Origin: an uncultured Chloroflexia bacterium
Lineage (GTDB): Bacteria; Chloroflexota; Limnocylindria; Limnocylindrales; CSP1-4
DNA: 64,000 nucleotides
Assembly: GCA_963739885.1 (NCBI GenBank)
Contig: CAVUCC010000001.1
Coordinates: forward strand, 206,516-270,515
Direction: 5' to 3'
Position numbers and translations under genes: made by a program. Below the pieces are notes generated by a model that worked only from the letters and a program-made list of their open reading frames with translations, had not been told where the DNA came from and searched no databases. This document shows, piece by piece, positions 10,465 through 20,124 of the stretch (position 1 is the first letter of the stretch; the number at the start of each line of letters is the position of its first letter).

Positions 10465-11547
10465 CTACGGCAGCGGCCGCCAGGCGCGTCCGAGCAGCAG
10501 CGAGGCCCCGAGCAGCAGCGAGGCGAGGGCGACGAACGCAACGCTCGCCTCGACCACCTCGTGCCGGGTGATGAGCGACGTGGGCAAGCTCGCGAACACC
10601 TGCTCGAGGTCGCTCGCGCTCTCGGCCGGGTAGTAGGTGCCCCCGGTCATGGCCGCGATCTGGCGCAGGGTCGCCTCGTCGATGCCCCGCCGGAAGCCGC
10701 CGGGGAGGCCGCCGCCGGTCCCACCCCCACCGCCACCGCCGTTGCCGAAGAACCCGCCATTCGGCTCGCGTCCGACGAACTGGGGGGCGCAGGCAGGATC
10801 CTGGCCGCCACCGGAGGCGGTTCCAAATCCGATCGTGTACACGCGAACCCCCCGGTCGGCGGCCTGCTGCGCGGCCGCCAGCGGATCGACACCCGAGTTG
10901 CTCGCGCCGTCGGTGAGCACGACCACGATGTCGGGCGCATACGCGCCGCTCGGGACGGGCGTGATCGCGGTTCCGCCGTCGGGCTGGCTGGGGGCCACCG
11001 AGCTGTCCACCTCGGCGATCGCGTCGAGCGACTCCAGGATGCCGCTGCCGACGGCTGTCCGGCGCCCGGTCGCCAGGCTGTGAAGCGCGTCGAGCAGCAC
11101 GTTGACGTCCGTCGTCGGAGCCTGGACGAGCTCGGCGTAGCTGCCGAAGGCGACGATCCCGATCTGCGTGCTGGACGCCTGGTGCTCGATGAACGACGCC
11201 GCGGCGGCTTCGGCCGCCTGGAGGCGGCTGGGCGGGATGTCGGTCGAGCACATGCTGCGCGACACGTCGATCGTGAGCAGCACCGTGGTGCGGTTGACGG
11301 GCACGCTGGCAATGACGACGGGCCGGCTGAAACCGACCACCAGGCTGGCGACCGCCAGCGCGAACAGGGCGAACGGGATGTGACGCCGGAGCCGTGCGCC
11401 TCCGGGCCGCGCGGCCCGGACCAGCGACAGGCTCGAGTAGCGGATGCCGCCGGGCTTGCGGCGCCGCAGACTCCACACGTAGCCGGCGACGAGCAGCGGG
11501 ACCAGCACCAGCAACAGCAGGAACGCAGGCCACAGGATGTCGATCAT
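10465..11547 (-). CDS. VWA-domain protein (BatB-like)
   Basis: N-terminal TM then DxSxS MIDAS motif (LLTIDVSRSM), VLTDGASNSG, a glycine-rich tract and a C-terminal TM. Confidence 0.75.
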   Translation of the reverse strand: MIDILWPAFLLLLVLVPLLVAGYVWSLRRRKPGGIRYSSLSLVRAARPGGARLRRHIPFALFALAVASLVVGFSRPVVIASVPVNRTTVLLTIDVSRSMCSTDIPPSRLQAAEAAAASFIEHQASSTQIGIVAFGSYAELVQAPTTDVNVLLDALHSLATGRRTAVGSGILESLDAIAEVDSSVAPSQPDGGTAITPVPSGAYAPDIVVVLTDGASNSGVDPLAAAQQAADRGVRVYTIGFGTASGGGQDPACAPQFVGREPNGGFFGNGGGGGGGTGGGLPGGFRRGIDEATLRQIAAMTGGTYYPAESASDLEQVFASLPTSLITRHEVVEASVAFVALASLLLGASLLLGRAWRPLP

Positions 11548-11578
11548 CGCGGGTTCTCCGTCGTCCGTCCCGGCCGGC

Positions 11579-12592
11579 TCACGGGAGCCGTCCCAGCCAC
11601 AGGAACGAGGTGCCGGCACCCACGACCAGCAGCAGCAGGCCGGCGCCCGCGAGGACCGAGGTCAGCTCGACAGGCTGCGGCTGGATCACCAGCCGCGGGT
11701 CGAGGTTCTCGTACACCGCATGCAGCTGGTCCGTGCTGTCGGCGGCGTAGTAGCTGCCGCCGGTAAGATCCGCGATCTGCCGGAGCAGGGCAGCATCCAG
11801 CTGCGTGTGCACCCGGAACCCGTTCAGGTCGAGATCTGCGCCAGCCTGGCTGCCGATGCCGACCGTGTCGATCCGGATGCCGGCGTCGGCGGCCGCCTGG
11901 GCGGCCCGGACCGGGTCCGGGTTCTCGTTGTTCTCGCCATCGGTCAGGAGCACGATGACCGCCGAGCCGTGGCTGCCCGGCGGCACCGGCGCCGGAGTGG
12001 GAGTCGGATCGGGCGCGGGCGAGCGGTTCGTGTAGTAGTCCACGTTGCCGCCCGACTCGGCGACCCGGATCGCGGTGAGCGACGACGTGATGCCCTGGGC
12101 GAGCGACGTCCCCTTCTCGGGGGACAGCCGGTCGATCGCGGCCAGCACGGCGGCCTGGTCGGTGGTCGGGACCTGGACCGAGAGGCCCGAGTCGCTGAAC
12201 GCGACCACGCCGATGGCGATGCCCGACGGCTGGCGCTTGACGAAGTCCGTGGCTGCCGCCTTGGCGGCGGCCATCCGCGAGGGCTGGAGGTCCGTCGCCG
12301 CCATGCTTCCGGACACGTCGAAGGCGAGCACGACCGTGCCCTGCTGGACGGGCAGGCCCAGCGTCGCCTGGGGTCGAGCCAGGGCGATCACCAGGACCAT
12401 CAGCCCCAGCAGGAACAGGCTGGCCGGGATCAGCGTCCGGCGGCCCGGACGGCGGCCGTCCGGCCGGTCCCTGTCGAGCCCGCCCAGCACACCGGCGCGG
12501 GCGCGGCGGCGGCGCCCGATCTCCGCATACAACCAGGCGCCCGCAGGGATGGCGAGCAGGAGCAGCAGCATCGGGGGCCAGATCAGCGCCAT
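11579..12592 (-). CDS. VWA-domain protein (BatA-like)
   Basis: MALIWPPMLLLLLAIP TM, then VLAFDVSGSMAATD MIDAS motif, VLLTDGENN and a C-terminal TM. The start overlaps the DUF58 stop. Confidence 0.75.
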   Translation of the reverse strand: MALIWPPMLLLLLAIPAGAWLYAEIGRRRRARAGVLGGLDRDRPDGRRPGRRTLIPASLFLLGLMVLVIALARPQATLGLPVQQGTVVLAFDVSGSMAATDLQPSRMAAAKAAATDFVKRQPSGIAIGVVAFSDSGLSVQVPTTDQAAVLAAIDRLSPEKGTSLAQGITSSLTAIRVAESGGNVDYYTNRSPAPDPTPTPAPVPPGSHGSAVIVLLTDGENNENPDPVRAAQAAADAGIRIDTVGIGSQAGADLDLNGFRVHTQLDAALLRQIADLTGGSYYAADSTDQLHAVYENLDPRLVIQPQPVELTSVLAGAGLLLLVVGAGTSFLWLGRLP

Positions 12593-12594
12593 CG

Positions 12595-13500
12595 CTACCG
12601 CCTCGCCGCCGCCGGCGCGGGTGCCCTGCGGCGACGTAGCTCGGCCATCCGCACGATGGCGCGCACCAGGTCGTCGTCGGTGGACAGGGCAAGCGCCTCG
12701 ACCCCCGACCGCGCGAACGCGCGACGCACATCCCCCTCGCGCTGCGCGGTCGCCGCGGCGAATCGCCGCCGGAATGCGCCGTCTGAGGTGTCGACGTACA
12801 GCTGCTCTCCGGTCTCGGCGTCCTGCATGATCAGCGGCCCGGCGTCTGGCAGCTCCATCTCGCGCGGATCGAGCAGCCGGACCGCGACCACCTCGTGGCG
12901 CCGGTTGAGCAGGTTGAGCGGCCGCTCCCAGCCGGGCGCGCTGATGAAGTCCGAGACCACGAACACGAGCGAGCGACGCCGGATCGACGCCCGGGCGGCA
13001 TCGAGCAGCGGCGCCAGGTCGGTGAACGGGCGCGGCCGGCAGCATCGGCTGCGCGAGCAGATCGTTGACCAGGCGCAGCACCTGCCGCCGGCCACCGCCG
13101 GCCGGGATCGTGCGCTCCACCCGGCTCCCGTACACGACCGCGCCCACGCGATTGCCACGGCGCGTCAAGAGCCGGGCCAGCGTGGCCACGAAGTCGATCA
13201 GGACGGTGCGCTTCTGACGCTCGCCGTCAACCGTGCCGAAGTCCACCGACGGGCTGAGGTCGAGCAGGAACCACGCGGTCAGGTCGCGGTCCTCGAGGTA
13301 CTCGCGGACATACGGCTCGTCAAGACGGGCGGTGACGTTCCAGTCGATGTACCGGACGTCGTCGCCGGGCTGGTACTCGCGCAGGTCCGCGAGATCCACC
13401 CCGTTGCCGTACAGCAGGCTGCGGTAGTCGCCCTGGAGCAGGCCGTCCAGCCGGCGGACGACCTGCCAGTCGAGGCGCTGGAGGATGCGCTCAGGCGCTG
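12595..13500 (-). pseudogene. DUF58-domain protein (MoxR-associated), frameshift near 13040; 5' end approximate
   Basis: N-terminal GDYRSLLYGNGVDLADLREYQPGDDVRYIDWNVTAR lies in the frame of ORF 11579-13399. The C-terminal part (SLVFVVSDFISAPGW...) lies in the frame of ORF 12595-13158. Confidence 0.7.
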
Positions 13501-14510
13501 ACGCGACCGTCGGTCGACTCCCTGAGGGGCACGACGGGTGCCGGAACTCGGGCCAGGATGGTGGTCAGGATGTCGTCGCTGGTGACGTTGTCCGAGAGGG
13601 CCTCGAACGACAGCACCAGGCGATGGCGGATGACGTCGCGGGCCATGTCGTAGACGTCCTGGGGCAGCACGTAATCCCGGCCGCGGACGAACGCCAGCGC
13701 ACGAGCGGTGAGGATCAGGTTGATCGACGCCCGGGGGCTGGCGCCGTAGGTGATGTACCGCTCGAGCTCGGGCATGCCGGCAGCCCTGGTCATGCGCGTC
13801 GACGTCGCCAACCGGACCGCGTAGTCGATCAGCGAGGGGTCCACGTAGACCCGATCCGTCTCCTGCTGGAGGCGGACGAGGTCATCGGTCGTAAGCACCT
13901 CGGCGATGCGTTCGGCCGGGCCCGTCTGGCGCTCGACGATCACGAACTCCTCGTTGCGGGTCGGGTAGCCGACCAGGACCTTGAGCATGAACCGGTCCAC
14001 CTGCGCCTCGGGCAGGGCGTAGGTGCCCTCGGTCTCGATCGGGTTCTGGGTGGCCAGGACGAGGAACGGCTCGGGCACGTGATGCGTCTCGCGGCCGATC
14101 GTGACCTGGCGCTCCTGCATCACCTCGAGCAGCGCGCTCTGGACCTTGGCCGGCGCCCGATTGATCTCGTCCGCGAGCAGGAGGTTGGTGAACACCGGAC
14201 CCAGCGACGTGTTGAACTCACCCGTCTTCTGGTTGTAGATGCGGGTGCCGATGAGGTCCGCGGGGACCAGGTCCGGCGTGAACTGGATCCGCTTGAACTC
14301 ACCACCGATCGAGGCCGCCAGCGTCTTGATCGCCATCGTCTTGGCCAGGCCCGGCACGCCCTCCACGAGGAGGTGGCCGCGCGCCAGGAGGGCCACGACC
14401 ATCCGCTCGAGCAGGTGATCCTGGCCGACGATCACCTTCTTGACCTCGTACAGGACGCGCTCCATCGGCGCGGCGCGGGCCACCGTCACGTCCTGGTCCA
14501 TCGGCATCAC
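13491..14510 (-). CDS. MoxR-family AAA+ ATPase
   Basis: Walker A (GVPGLAKT), Walker B (LLADEINRAPAKVQSALLEVMQERQVT) and the MoxR C-terminal lid are present. Confidence 0.9.
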   Translation of the reverse strand: MMPMDQDVTVARAAPMERVLYEVKKVIVGQDHLLERMVVALLARGHLLVEGVPGLAKTMAIKTLAASIGGEFKRIQFTPDLVPADLIGTRIYNQKTGEFNTSLGPVFTNLLLADEINRAPAKVQSALLEVMQERQVTIGRETHHVPEPFLVLATQNPIETEGTYALPEAQVDRFMLKVLVGYPTRNEEFVIVERQTGPAERIAEVLTTDDLVRLQQETDRVYVDPSLIDYAVRLATSTRMTRAAGMPELERYITYGASPRASINLILTARALAFVRGRDYVLPQDVYDMARDVIRHRLVLSFEALSDNVTSDDILTTILARVPAPVVPLRESTDGRVSA

Positions 14511-14517
14511 CTCCCGG

Positions 14518-15390
14518 CTAGTACTGGGGCAGGCCGGCCGCGCCGCCTGCCACGTCGATCGGTACGGCGAGGCCGATCCCGACGAACACGTCTTCCTTGG
14601 TGGGGTTGATGAGCGCGGCCACGATGCCGATCACCCTGCCGTTGGCGTCGAGCAGGGGCCCGCCCGAGTTGCCGGGGTTGACGGCGGCATCCACCTGGAT
14701 CAGGCCGCTCAGGACCTGGCCGCTGTCGGGGAGCGTGAACGAGCGATCCAGGCCGGACACGATGCCAGAGCTCATCGACCCGTACAGCCCGAACGGGTTG
14801 CCGACCACGAATGCCTGGCTACCGACGCGGACGGATCTCGGGTCGCCGAGCACAGCCGGCTGCAGGACCGACGGCGGCTGATCCGGCTGGAGCACCGCGA
14901 TGTCGGAGTCCGGCTGGCGGCTGGCGATCGAGGCGGTCGATTGCGACCCGTCGGCAAACGTGACCTCGATGCCGGTGGCGCCGTCGACCACGTGCAGGCT
15001 GGTCAGGATCTCACCCGCGTCGTCGACGACGACGCCGCTGCCGAGCGATGCGTCGCCGGAGTCGGACCCACGCTGGGCGTGAACCAGCACCAGTGATGGC
15101 TGGATCTGCTCGTAGGCGACCGCGGACAGCGGTGGGGCGGGGGTCACGGAGGCGAGCGCGCTGGCGATTGCGTCGTTGACGTCGGCCCGGTCGAGCTGCG
15201 GCGGTCCGGGCACGAGGGTGTTGTAGCCAGCGATCGCGATCAGCGCCGCGGCCAAACCCGCGACGAACAGGCCGGCGCTCCGCGCGCTCGGGCGGCGCCG
15301 GCGCCGACGGCGAACGGGTGGCCCTGGGTGCAGCTCGGCAAGGCCCCACGGCCGGGTCGGGCCATCCGGTGGGATCTGAGGATTTGGCAT
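14518..15390 (-). CDS. trypsin-like serine protease (S1C/HtrA-like, no PDZ domain), membrane anchored
   Basis: N-terminal TM, catalytic His (TSLHVV), Asp (DIAVL) and Ser (GNSGGPLLD) motifs. Start at MPNPQIP (15390). Confidence 0.75.
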   Translation of the reverse strand: MPNPQIPPDGPTRPWGLAELHPGPPVRRRRRRRPSARSAGLFVAGLAAALIAIAGYNTLVPGPPQLDRADVNDAIASALASVTPAPPLSAVAYEQIQPSLVLVHAQRGSDSGDASLGSGVVVDDAGEILTSLHVVDGATGIEVTFADGSQSTASIASRQPDSDIAVLQPDQPPSVLQPAVLGDPRSVRVGSQAFVVGNPFGLYGSMSSGIVSGLDRSFTLPDSGQVLSGLIQVDAAVNPGNSGGPLLDANGRVIGIVAALINPTKEDVFVGIGLAVPIDVAGGAAGLPQY

Positions 15391-15473
15391 GCCACCCGGC
15401 TGCCGGGTGAATGGGGAGCCGTCGATCGGGCTGCCTCCGTCCGGTCGTGGAGCGCCGGGCAAGTCTGCATGCC

Positions 15474-15488
15474 GTTCCTGAAAGGAAC
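15474..15488. promoter_or_regulatory. perfect palindrome GTTCCTGAAAGGAAC in the divergent intergenic region between the protease and the LuxR regulator; candidate operator
   Basis: A GTTCC-N5-GGAAC inverted repeat read directly from the sequence. It lies about 85 bp from the protease start and 330 bp from the regulator start. Confidence 0.35.
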
Positions 15489-15814
15489 ATGACAGCCCAT
15501 TCCAGCCGTTCGGACGCCGGTGCGGAGCCTGCACCGACCGCCCCACCGAACCTGTGCCCCTCACCGCGCCGATGGGTGTGCGGGCGACCCCCACGGCCGT
15601 GGGGGCCCCCGACCCCACGCGCGTCGCCCTGACACCTAACCTCCGTTGCCCGAATCCCCACCCGTGTTCCCGAGCTTCGGCACGAGGGTGCCCCATCGAG
15701 CCCCCTGTCGTGTCTGGTGATCGCTCCGACCCGGGGGCACCATCGACCCACACGGGACGCAGAAGCCGCCAACGAGGCCCCAGCAGGCGTCGACGGACGG
15801 CGGGAGGACAGGCA

Positions 15815-16885
15815 ATGCAGCTATCGCAGCTCACCGAGGACCTGGCACTGCTGCTGCCGATCGTGATCCTCGTCGAGGGGATCATCGGCATCGTCGCCTG
15901 GTTCTGGTACGGATCCAGGGGCGGGCGCGGTGCGCGCGTTGCAACCTGGCTGGGCCTCGTCACCCTCACCCTGTGGGTCGGCTCGGCCGCCGCGTTCGTG
16001 CTCCTCCACCTGCTGTACTTCACGTTCGGCTCGGCCGCCACCATCCTCGGCGCGATCGTCGTCACGGCGCTGATGCTGCTGATGCCGTTCGCCTGGGCCG
16101 CCGTCATTCGCCACCAGGGCACGGCGACGGCCCGGCCCGCAGGCGCGTTGAGCGCCGGATGCCGGCGATGCCCACCTCGCAAGCGTCGCGCGACCGGACC
16201 GCAGGCGGAGGCGGACCAGCTCTCGGTGCTGCTCGCCATCGTCGACTTCCCGATGCTCGGCAGCGCGTTCCGCTCGCTCATCGAGCGTGAGCCAGATCTC
16301 CGGGTCGCGGGCGAGGTCGAGACCCGCGACGACCTCGTCGCCCAGGTCAGGAGCACTCGGCCGGACGTCCTGGTCACCGAGTGCGCGCCGTTCGGGGGTC
16401 TCGGCTGCCCGACCTTCGAGACCCTGGAGCAGATCCACGACGAGTGTCCGGAGACGCGGATCATCGCCCTCGACTGCCGGTGCGCCGCGGAGCAGTTCTC
16501 CGTCGCGTTGAAGGCGGGAGCCAACGGCTACCTGACCCGCGAGGCCACCGACACCGACGTCCTGGTCGCGATCCGGAGCGTGGCCGCCGGTCACACCTAC
16601 GTCAGCCCCGCGATCGTGACCCGGATGATCGACACCTATGTGCGGCGGACGCCGGATGCCACGTTCGAGGACCCGTACGACACGTTGACCGCTCGCGAGC
16701 GCGAGATCCTGCTGCTGGCCGCGATGGGCCACACCAATCGCGACATCGCCCGATCGTTGAAGCTCTCCGACCAGACCGTCCATTCCCATCGCGCGAGCGT
16801 GATGGAGAAGCTGGGGCTCCACGACCGCGTCGAGCTGCTCCGCTACTGCGTCCGGCGCGGCATCCTCAACCCCTCGACCCTGTGA
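15815..16885 (+). CDS. membrane-anchored LuxR/NarL-family regulator with an atypical receiver domain
   Basis: Four N-terminal TM helices, then a REC-like domain in which the expected phospho-acceptor position reads DVLVTEC (Glu, not Asp), then a LuxR HTH (LTAREREILLLAAMGHTNRDIARSLKLSDQTVHSHRASVMEKLG). SD-like GGGAGGA sits upstream of the ATG. Confidence 0.7.
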   Translation: MQLSQLTEDLALLLPIVILVEGIIGIVAWFWYGSRGGRGARVATWLGLVTLTLWVGSAAAFVLLHLLYFTFGSAATILGAIVVTALMLLMPFAWAAVIRHQGTATARPAGALSAGCRRCPPRKRRATGPQAEADQLSVLLAIVDFPMLGSAFRSLIEREPDLRVAGEVETRDDLVAQVRSTRPDVLVTECAPFGGLGCPTFETLEQIHDECPETRIIALDCRCAAEQFSVALKAGANGYLTREATDTDVLVAIRSVAAGHTYVSPAIVTRMIDTYVRRTPDATFEDPYDTLTAREREILLLAAMGHTNRDIARSLKLSDQTVHSHRASVMEKLGLHDRVELLRYCVRRGILNPSTL

Positions 16886-17565
16886 ACGTGGTCGATCGCC
16901 TGCGCGCCTTCTGGGCGAGCGTTCGGCCGCGCACCCGACGGGGACGCGCGCTCGCAATCGCAGGCGTGCTCGGGGGGTCGGTGCTGATGTCGGCCGTCCT
17001 GTTCGCGGGCGCCGTGATGGCCTGGTCTCCGTATCTCGACTTCAGCCTCCATCGCGACGTGAACGCACGGTCGTGGGCCGTGCTGGACGTCTCGTTCGCG
17101 AGCTCGTCGACCTGCGCGCGGTGCCATGCGACCGAGGCACAGCGGCTGACCGGCGGAAGTCACGCCGACATCGGCTGCCAGAGCTGCCACGGCCCGCTGC
17201 AGGCACACGTGGCCGCGGGCGATCAGGCGGGCAGCGACACGGTGGCGGTGGCGGTGCCCACCGACGAGGTGTGCACGCGGTGCCACGTCGCCGCCGAGGG
17301 GCGCCCGGCCAGCCAGGCGCAGATCATCCCGACGGAGCACTACGTCGTGCAGTGCCTCCAGTGCCACGACCCACACACCGCGATCGCGGAGCGACCCCCA
17401 GTGGTCGAGCACCCGCTGGACGGCCTGCCGCCCTGCCTGACCTGCCACGGACCCGAGGGGTTCAAGGCCCGCAACGAGCGCCACCCGATCGTCCCCGACG
17501 ACGAGGGATGCCTCAACTGCCACGCGCCGGGCCGGGGCCCGGACCAGCTCACGGTGTCGCCATGA
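16882..17565 (+). CDS. membrane-anchored hexahaem c-type cytochrome
   Basis: GTG start overlapping the upstream stop (GTGA). An N-terminal TM helix is followed by six CxxCH motifs (CARCH, CQSCH, CTRCH, CLQCH, CLTCH, CLNCH) in 227 aa. Confidence 0.7.
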   Translation: MNVVDRLRAFWASVRPRTRRGRALAIAGVLGGSVLMSAVLFAGAVMAWSPYLDFSLHRDVNARSWAVLDVSFASSSTCARCHATEAQRLTGGSHADIGCQSCHGPLQAHVAAGDQAGSDTVAVAVPTDEVCTRCHVAAEGRPASQAQIIPTEHYVVQCLQCHDPHTAIAERPPVVEHPLDGLPPCLTCHGPEGFKARNERHPIVPDDEGCLNCHAPGRGPDQLTVSP

Positions 17566-18019
17566 GCGAGCGGATCGAACGCGTTGAGGAGCCGGCGGCC
17601 GACGCCGGCGTGCGCGCGACCGAGGACCCGATGATCGTCGGGCAGGCGGACGCCGCGGTCGAGTCCGAGCCGGCGGCCGACGCCGCACAGGCCCCGGAGA
17701 TCGCCGAGGTCGAGCCCGTGACCGAGCCCGTCGCGATGGCCCCGACCGAACAGCCAGCCGAAGCCGAAGCCGAAGCCGAAGCCGAAGCCGAAGCCGAAGC
17801 CGAAGCCGAAGCCGAAGCCGAGCCCGAGCCGAAGCCGAAGCCGAAGCCGAAGCCCCGGAGATGGTCGCCGAGCCGGCCCCCGCCGTCATGGCGGAGGCGA
17901 TGCCCGTCGCGGACGAGGAGCCGGACATCGCGGCCATCGGACCGGCGCCGGCCGAGGCCGTCGATCCCGCGTCCCTGGTGCCCCTCGACGAGATCGCTCC
18001 GGCGATCGTCAGCGCCTCC
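17562..18019 (+). other. acidic low-complexity ORF containing an (AE)n(PK)n repeat; reads through, after a frameshift near 17855, into the Fe-S protein
   Basis: ATGA overlap with the cytochrome stop. Begins MSERIERVEEPAADAG... and ends ...AEAEAEAEAEPEPKPKPKP. An in-frame continuation (MVAEPAPAVMAEAMPVADEEPDIAAIGPAPAEAVDP...) exists in another frame with no stop before the Tat motif. Confidence 0.4.
17758..17853. repeat. hexanucleotide tandem repeat (GCCGAA)n, about 16 units, inside a coding region
   Basis: Directly visible: gccgaagccgaagccgaa... then gagcccgagccgaagccgaagccgaag. Confidence 0.9.
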
Positions 18020-18723
18020 ATGAGCCGCCGTGCGTTCCTCGGGTTCGGGCTGATCATGGCCGGCGGTGTGGCGGGTGCGGCGGGCCTGTCCCGGCTGTTC
18101 CCGGTGTTCGACGAGTCGGCGGATGCGCCGAGCCCGATCGTCCCGACCTACGACCCCGCCGACAAGGCGTGGACGTTCGTCGTCGACACCGCCTCCTGCA
18201 TTGGCTGCGGCCTGTGCGTGGTCGCCTGCAAGGAGGAGAACCACGTCGCCGAGGAGGCCGCAGTACACCCGGACCTGGGTCGAGCGCCACGTGATCACCG
18301 CGGACGGTGACCTGTTCGTCGACTCGCCCGAGGCCGGCATGTACGGCTTCCCCGCCGAGTCGACCGCCCCGGGCGCGGCCGGCAAGGCCGTCGACGCCTC
18401 GTTCTTCGAGCCTCGCCTGTGCATGCAGTGCGAGGACTCGCCGTGCACGGCGGTGTGCCCCGTCGGCGCCACCTACCGGACCGAGGACGGCGTGATCCTG
18501 GTCGACGCTCAGCCGCTGCATCGGCTGCGGATACTGCGTGGTCGCGTGCCCCTACGGCGCGCGCTACATGACGCCCGCCGGCGGCGACAACCCCAACGAC
18601 ATGCCCGGCGTCGCCGACAAGTGCACCTGGTGCTACCACCGGATCAGCCGAGGCGCCCAGCCCGCGTGCGTCGAGGTGTGCCCGGTCGGTGCCCGCCGGT
18701 TCGGTGACGCCAGCGACCCGTAA
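18020..18723 (+). pseudogene. Tat-signal 4Fe-4S ferredoxin-type subunit (NrfC/PsrB/DmsB-like), split over three frames
   Basis: [23 protein letters not shown] twin-arginine motif. [15 protein letters not shown] is in frame 2, [17 protein letters not shown] in frame 0, and [18 protein letters not shown]...[30 protein letters not shown] in frame 1. Frameshifts near 18255 and 18510, the latter an extra C in cagCcgctgcatc. Confidence 0.7.
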
Positions 18724-18836
18724 CAGCGAGCATCGCCACGCTCGTCCGCCAGCGTGCCCCCAAGCAGCTCCATCCCGAGTACGGCACCCGGCCGCGCGTG
18801 CTCTACCTCGGCCCAGCCATCGAGGAGGCCTGAGGA

Positions 18837-20100
18837 TGCAGGCGACCGGTCTGACCCTCACGCTCGGCGGACCGTCGTCCCGATCGGACCGCGCGCCGCC
18901 GGCCGCGCGCTCGCGCGCGAGGTCGCGGCGATGTCGCTCGCGCTGCGCCTGTGGCTGGCGGGCCTGTCCGCCGTGATCGCGCGTCGGCGCGGTGGCCGCG
19001 CTGATCGCCCTGCCGCCCGGCTGGGAGGTATTCGGGACCAGCCCCAGCTTCGAGTGGGGGCTGCTGATCGTGGGCTACGTGTTCTTTGCCGTGATGACGA
19101 GCGGGCTGTGTCTCGCGTCGTCGCTGGGCACCGTGTTCGGGATCGAGCGGTTCCGGCCCCTCGAGAAGCGCGCACGCAGTGCTCGCCCTGCTCAGCCTCA
19201 CCACCGCGTTCGGGATCATCGCGCTCGACCTCCACTATCCGGTCCGGATGGTGTTCGGCGCCGTGCTCGTCCCCTCGCCCACCTCGCCCATGTGGTGGAT
19301 GGGCGTGTGTTACGGCATCTACCTGGTCGTGCTCCTGGTCGAGGTGTGGAGCATGTTCAGCCACCACCCCAGGATCCACCAGTACGCATGCACGGCGGCG
19401 ACGTGCGTGGCCGTGGTCGCGCCGTCAACGCTCGGCGCGGTGTTCGGGGTGCTCGCCGCCAAGGCGTTCTGGAACGGCCCGTTCACGGTGCTGATGATGG
19501 TCGGCGCGGCGTACCTGGCCGGGACCTCGCTGCTCGGCCTGGTGTTCTACGCCGTCTCCCGTCTGGGTCTCCAGGACCACGAGCGGGCGCGCCTGGAGGC
19601 GATCCCGTCGATCCGGCCAGCTGATCACGATCGCGCTGGTGATCGTGATGGTTCTGCTGGCCCGCCAGGTGGTCGTCGGGCTGCTGGCCGATGATCGCGG
19701 GCTGCGCGAGGCGACGTCGCCTTGGTCACGGGGCCGCTGGCGCCGCCTTCTGGCTGCGGGTCGTGGTCGGGCTCGCGCTGCCGCTGGTGCTGGTGCTGCT
19801 GCCGATGACGCGCACGCCGGCCGGCCTGTGTCGCGGCGAGCGTGCTCGTCCCTGGGCGGGGTGTTCCTGGATCGCTACCTGTTCGTGACCGCCGGTCAGA
19901 TCGTGCCTGCCACCGCCCATGCCGGCGCGGTGTCCAGCCCGTATGCCTCGTACATGCCGTCGCCGGTCGAGCTGGCGATCATCGCCGGCGCGGTCGCGTT
20001 CGTCGCCCTCGGCTACACGCTCGCCGAGCGCTACCTCGACCTGCGCCAGGAGCCCGATCACATGAACTGGGCGTGGCCGTGGCTGCCACGACCACGAGGC
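18837..20100 (+). pseudogene. NrfD/PsrC-family polytopic membrane quinol-interacting subunit, fragmented by 5 or more frameshifts; boundaries approximate
   Basis: Recognisable NrfD-like segments in alternating frames: MSLALRLWLAGLSAVIA; FEWGLLIVGYVFFAVMTSGLCLASSLGTVFGIERFRPLEKRA; LALLSLTTAFGIIALDLHYPVRMVFGAVLVP...GAAYLAGTSLLGLVFYAVSRLG; LITIALVIVMVLLARQVVVGLLADD; GPLAAAFWLRVVVGLALPLVLVLLPMTRTPAGL; LGGVFLDRYLFVTAGQIVPA. A GAGGAGG SD precedes the ATG at 18837. Confidence 0.55.
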
Positions 20101-20124
20101 CCTCGGCGAGGCGGAGGCAGAGGC

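Noticed and set aside
11537-13501. 654-aa + strand ORF
   Set aside because: Antisense to the Bat-like VWA/DUF58 genes. Low-complexity Arg/Gly/Asp-rich translation.
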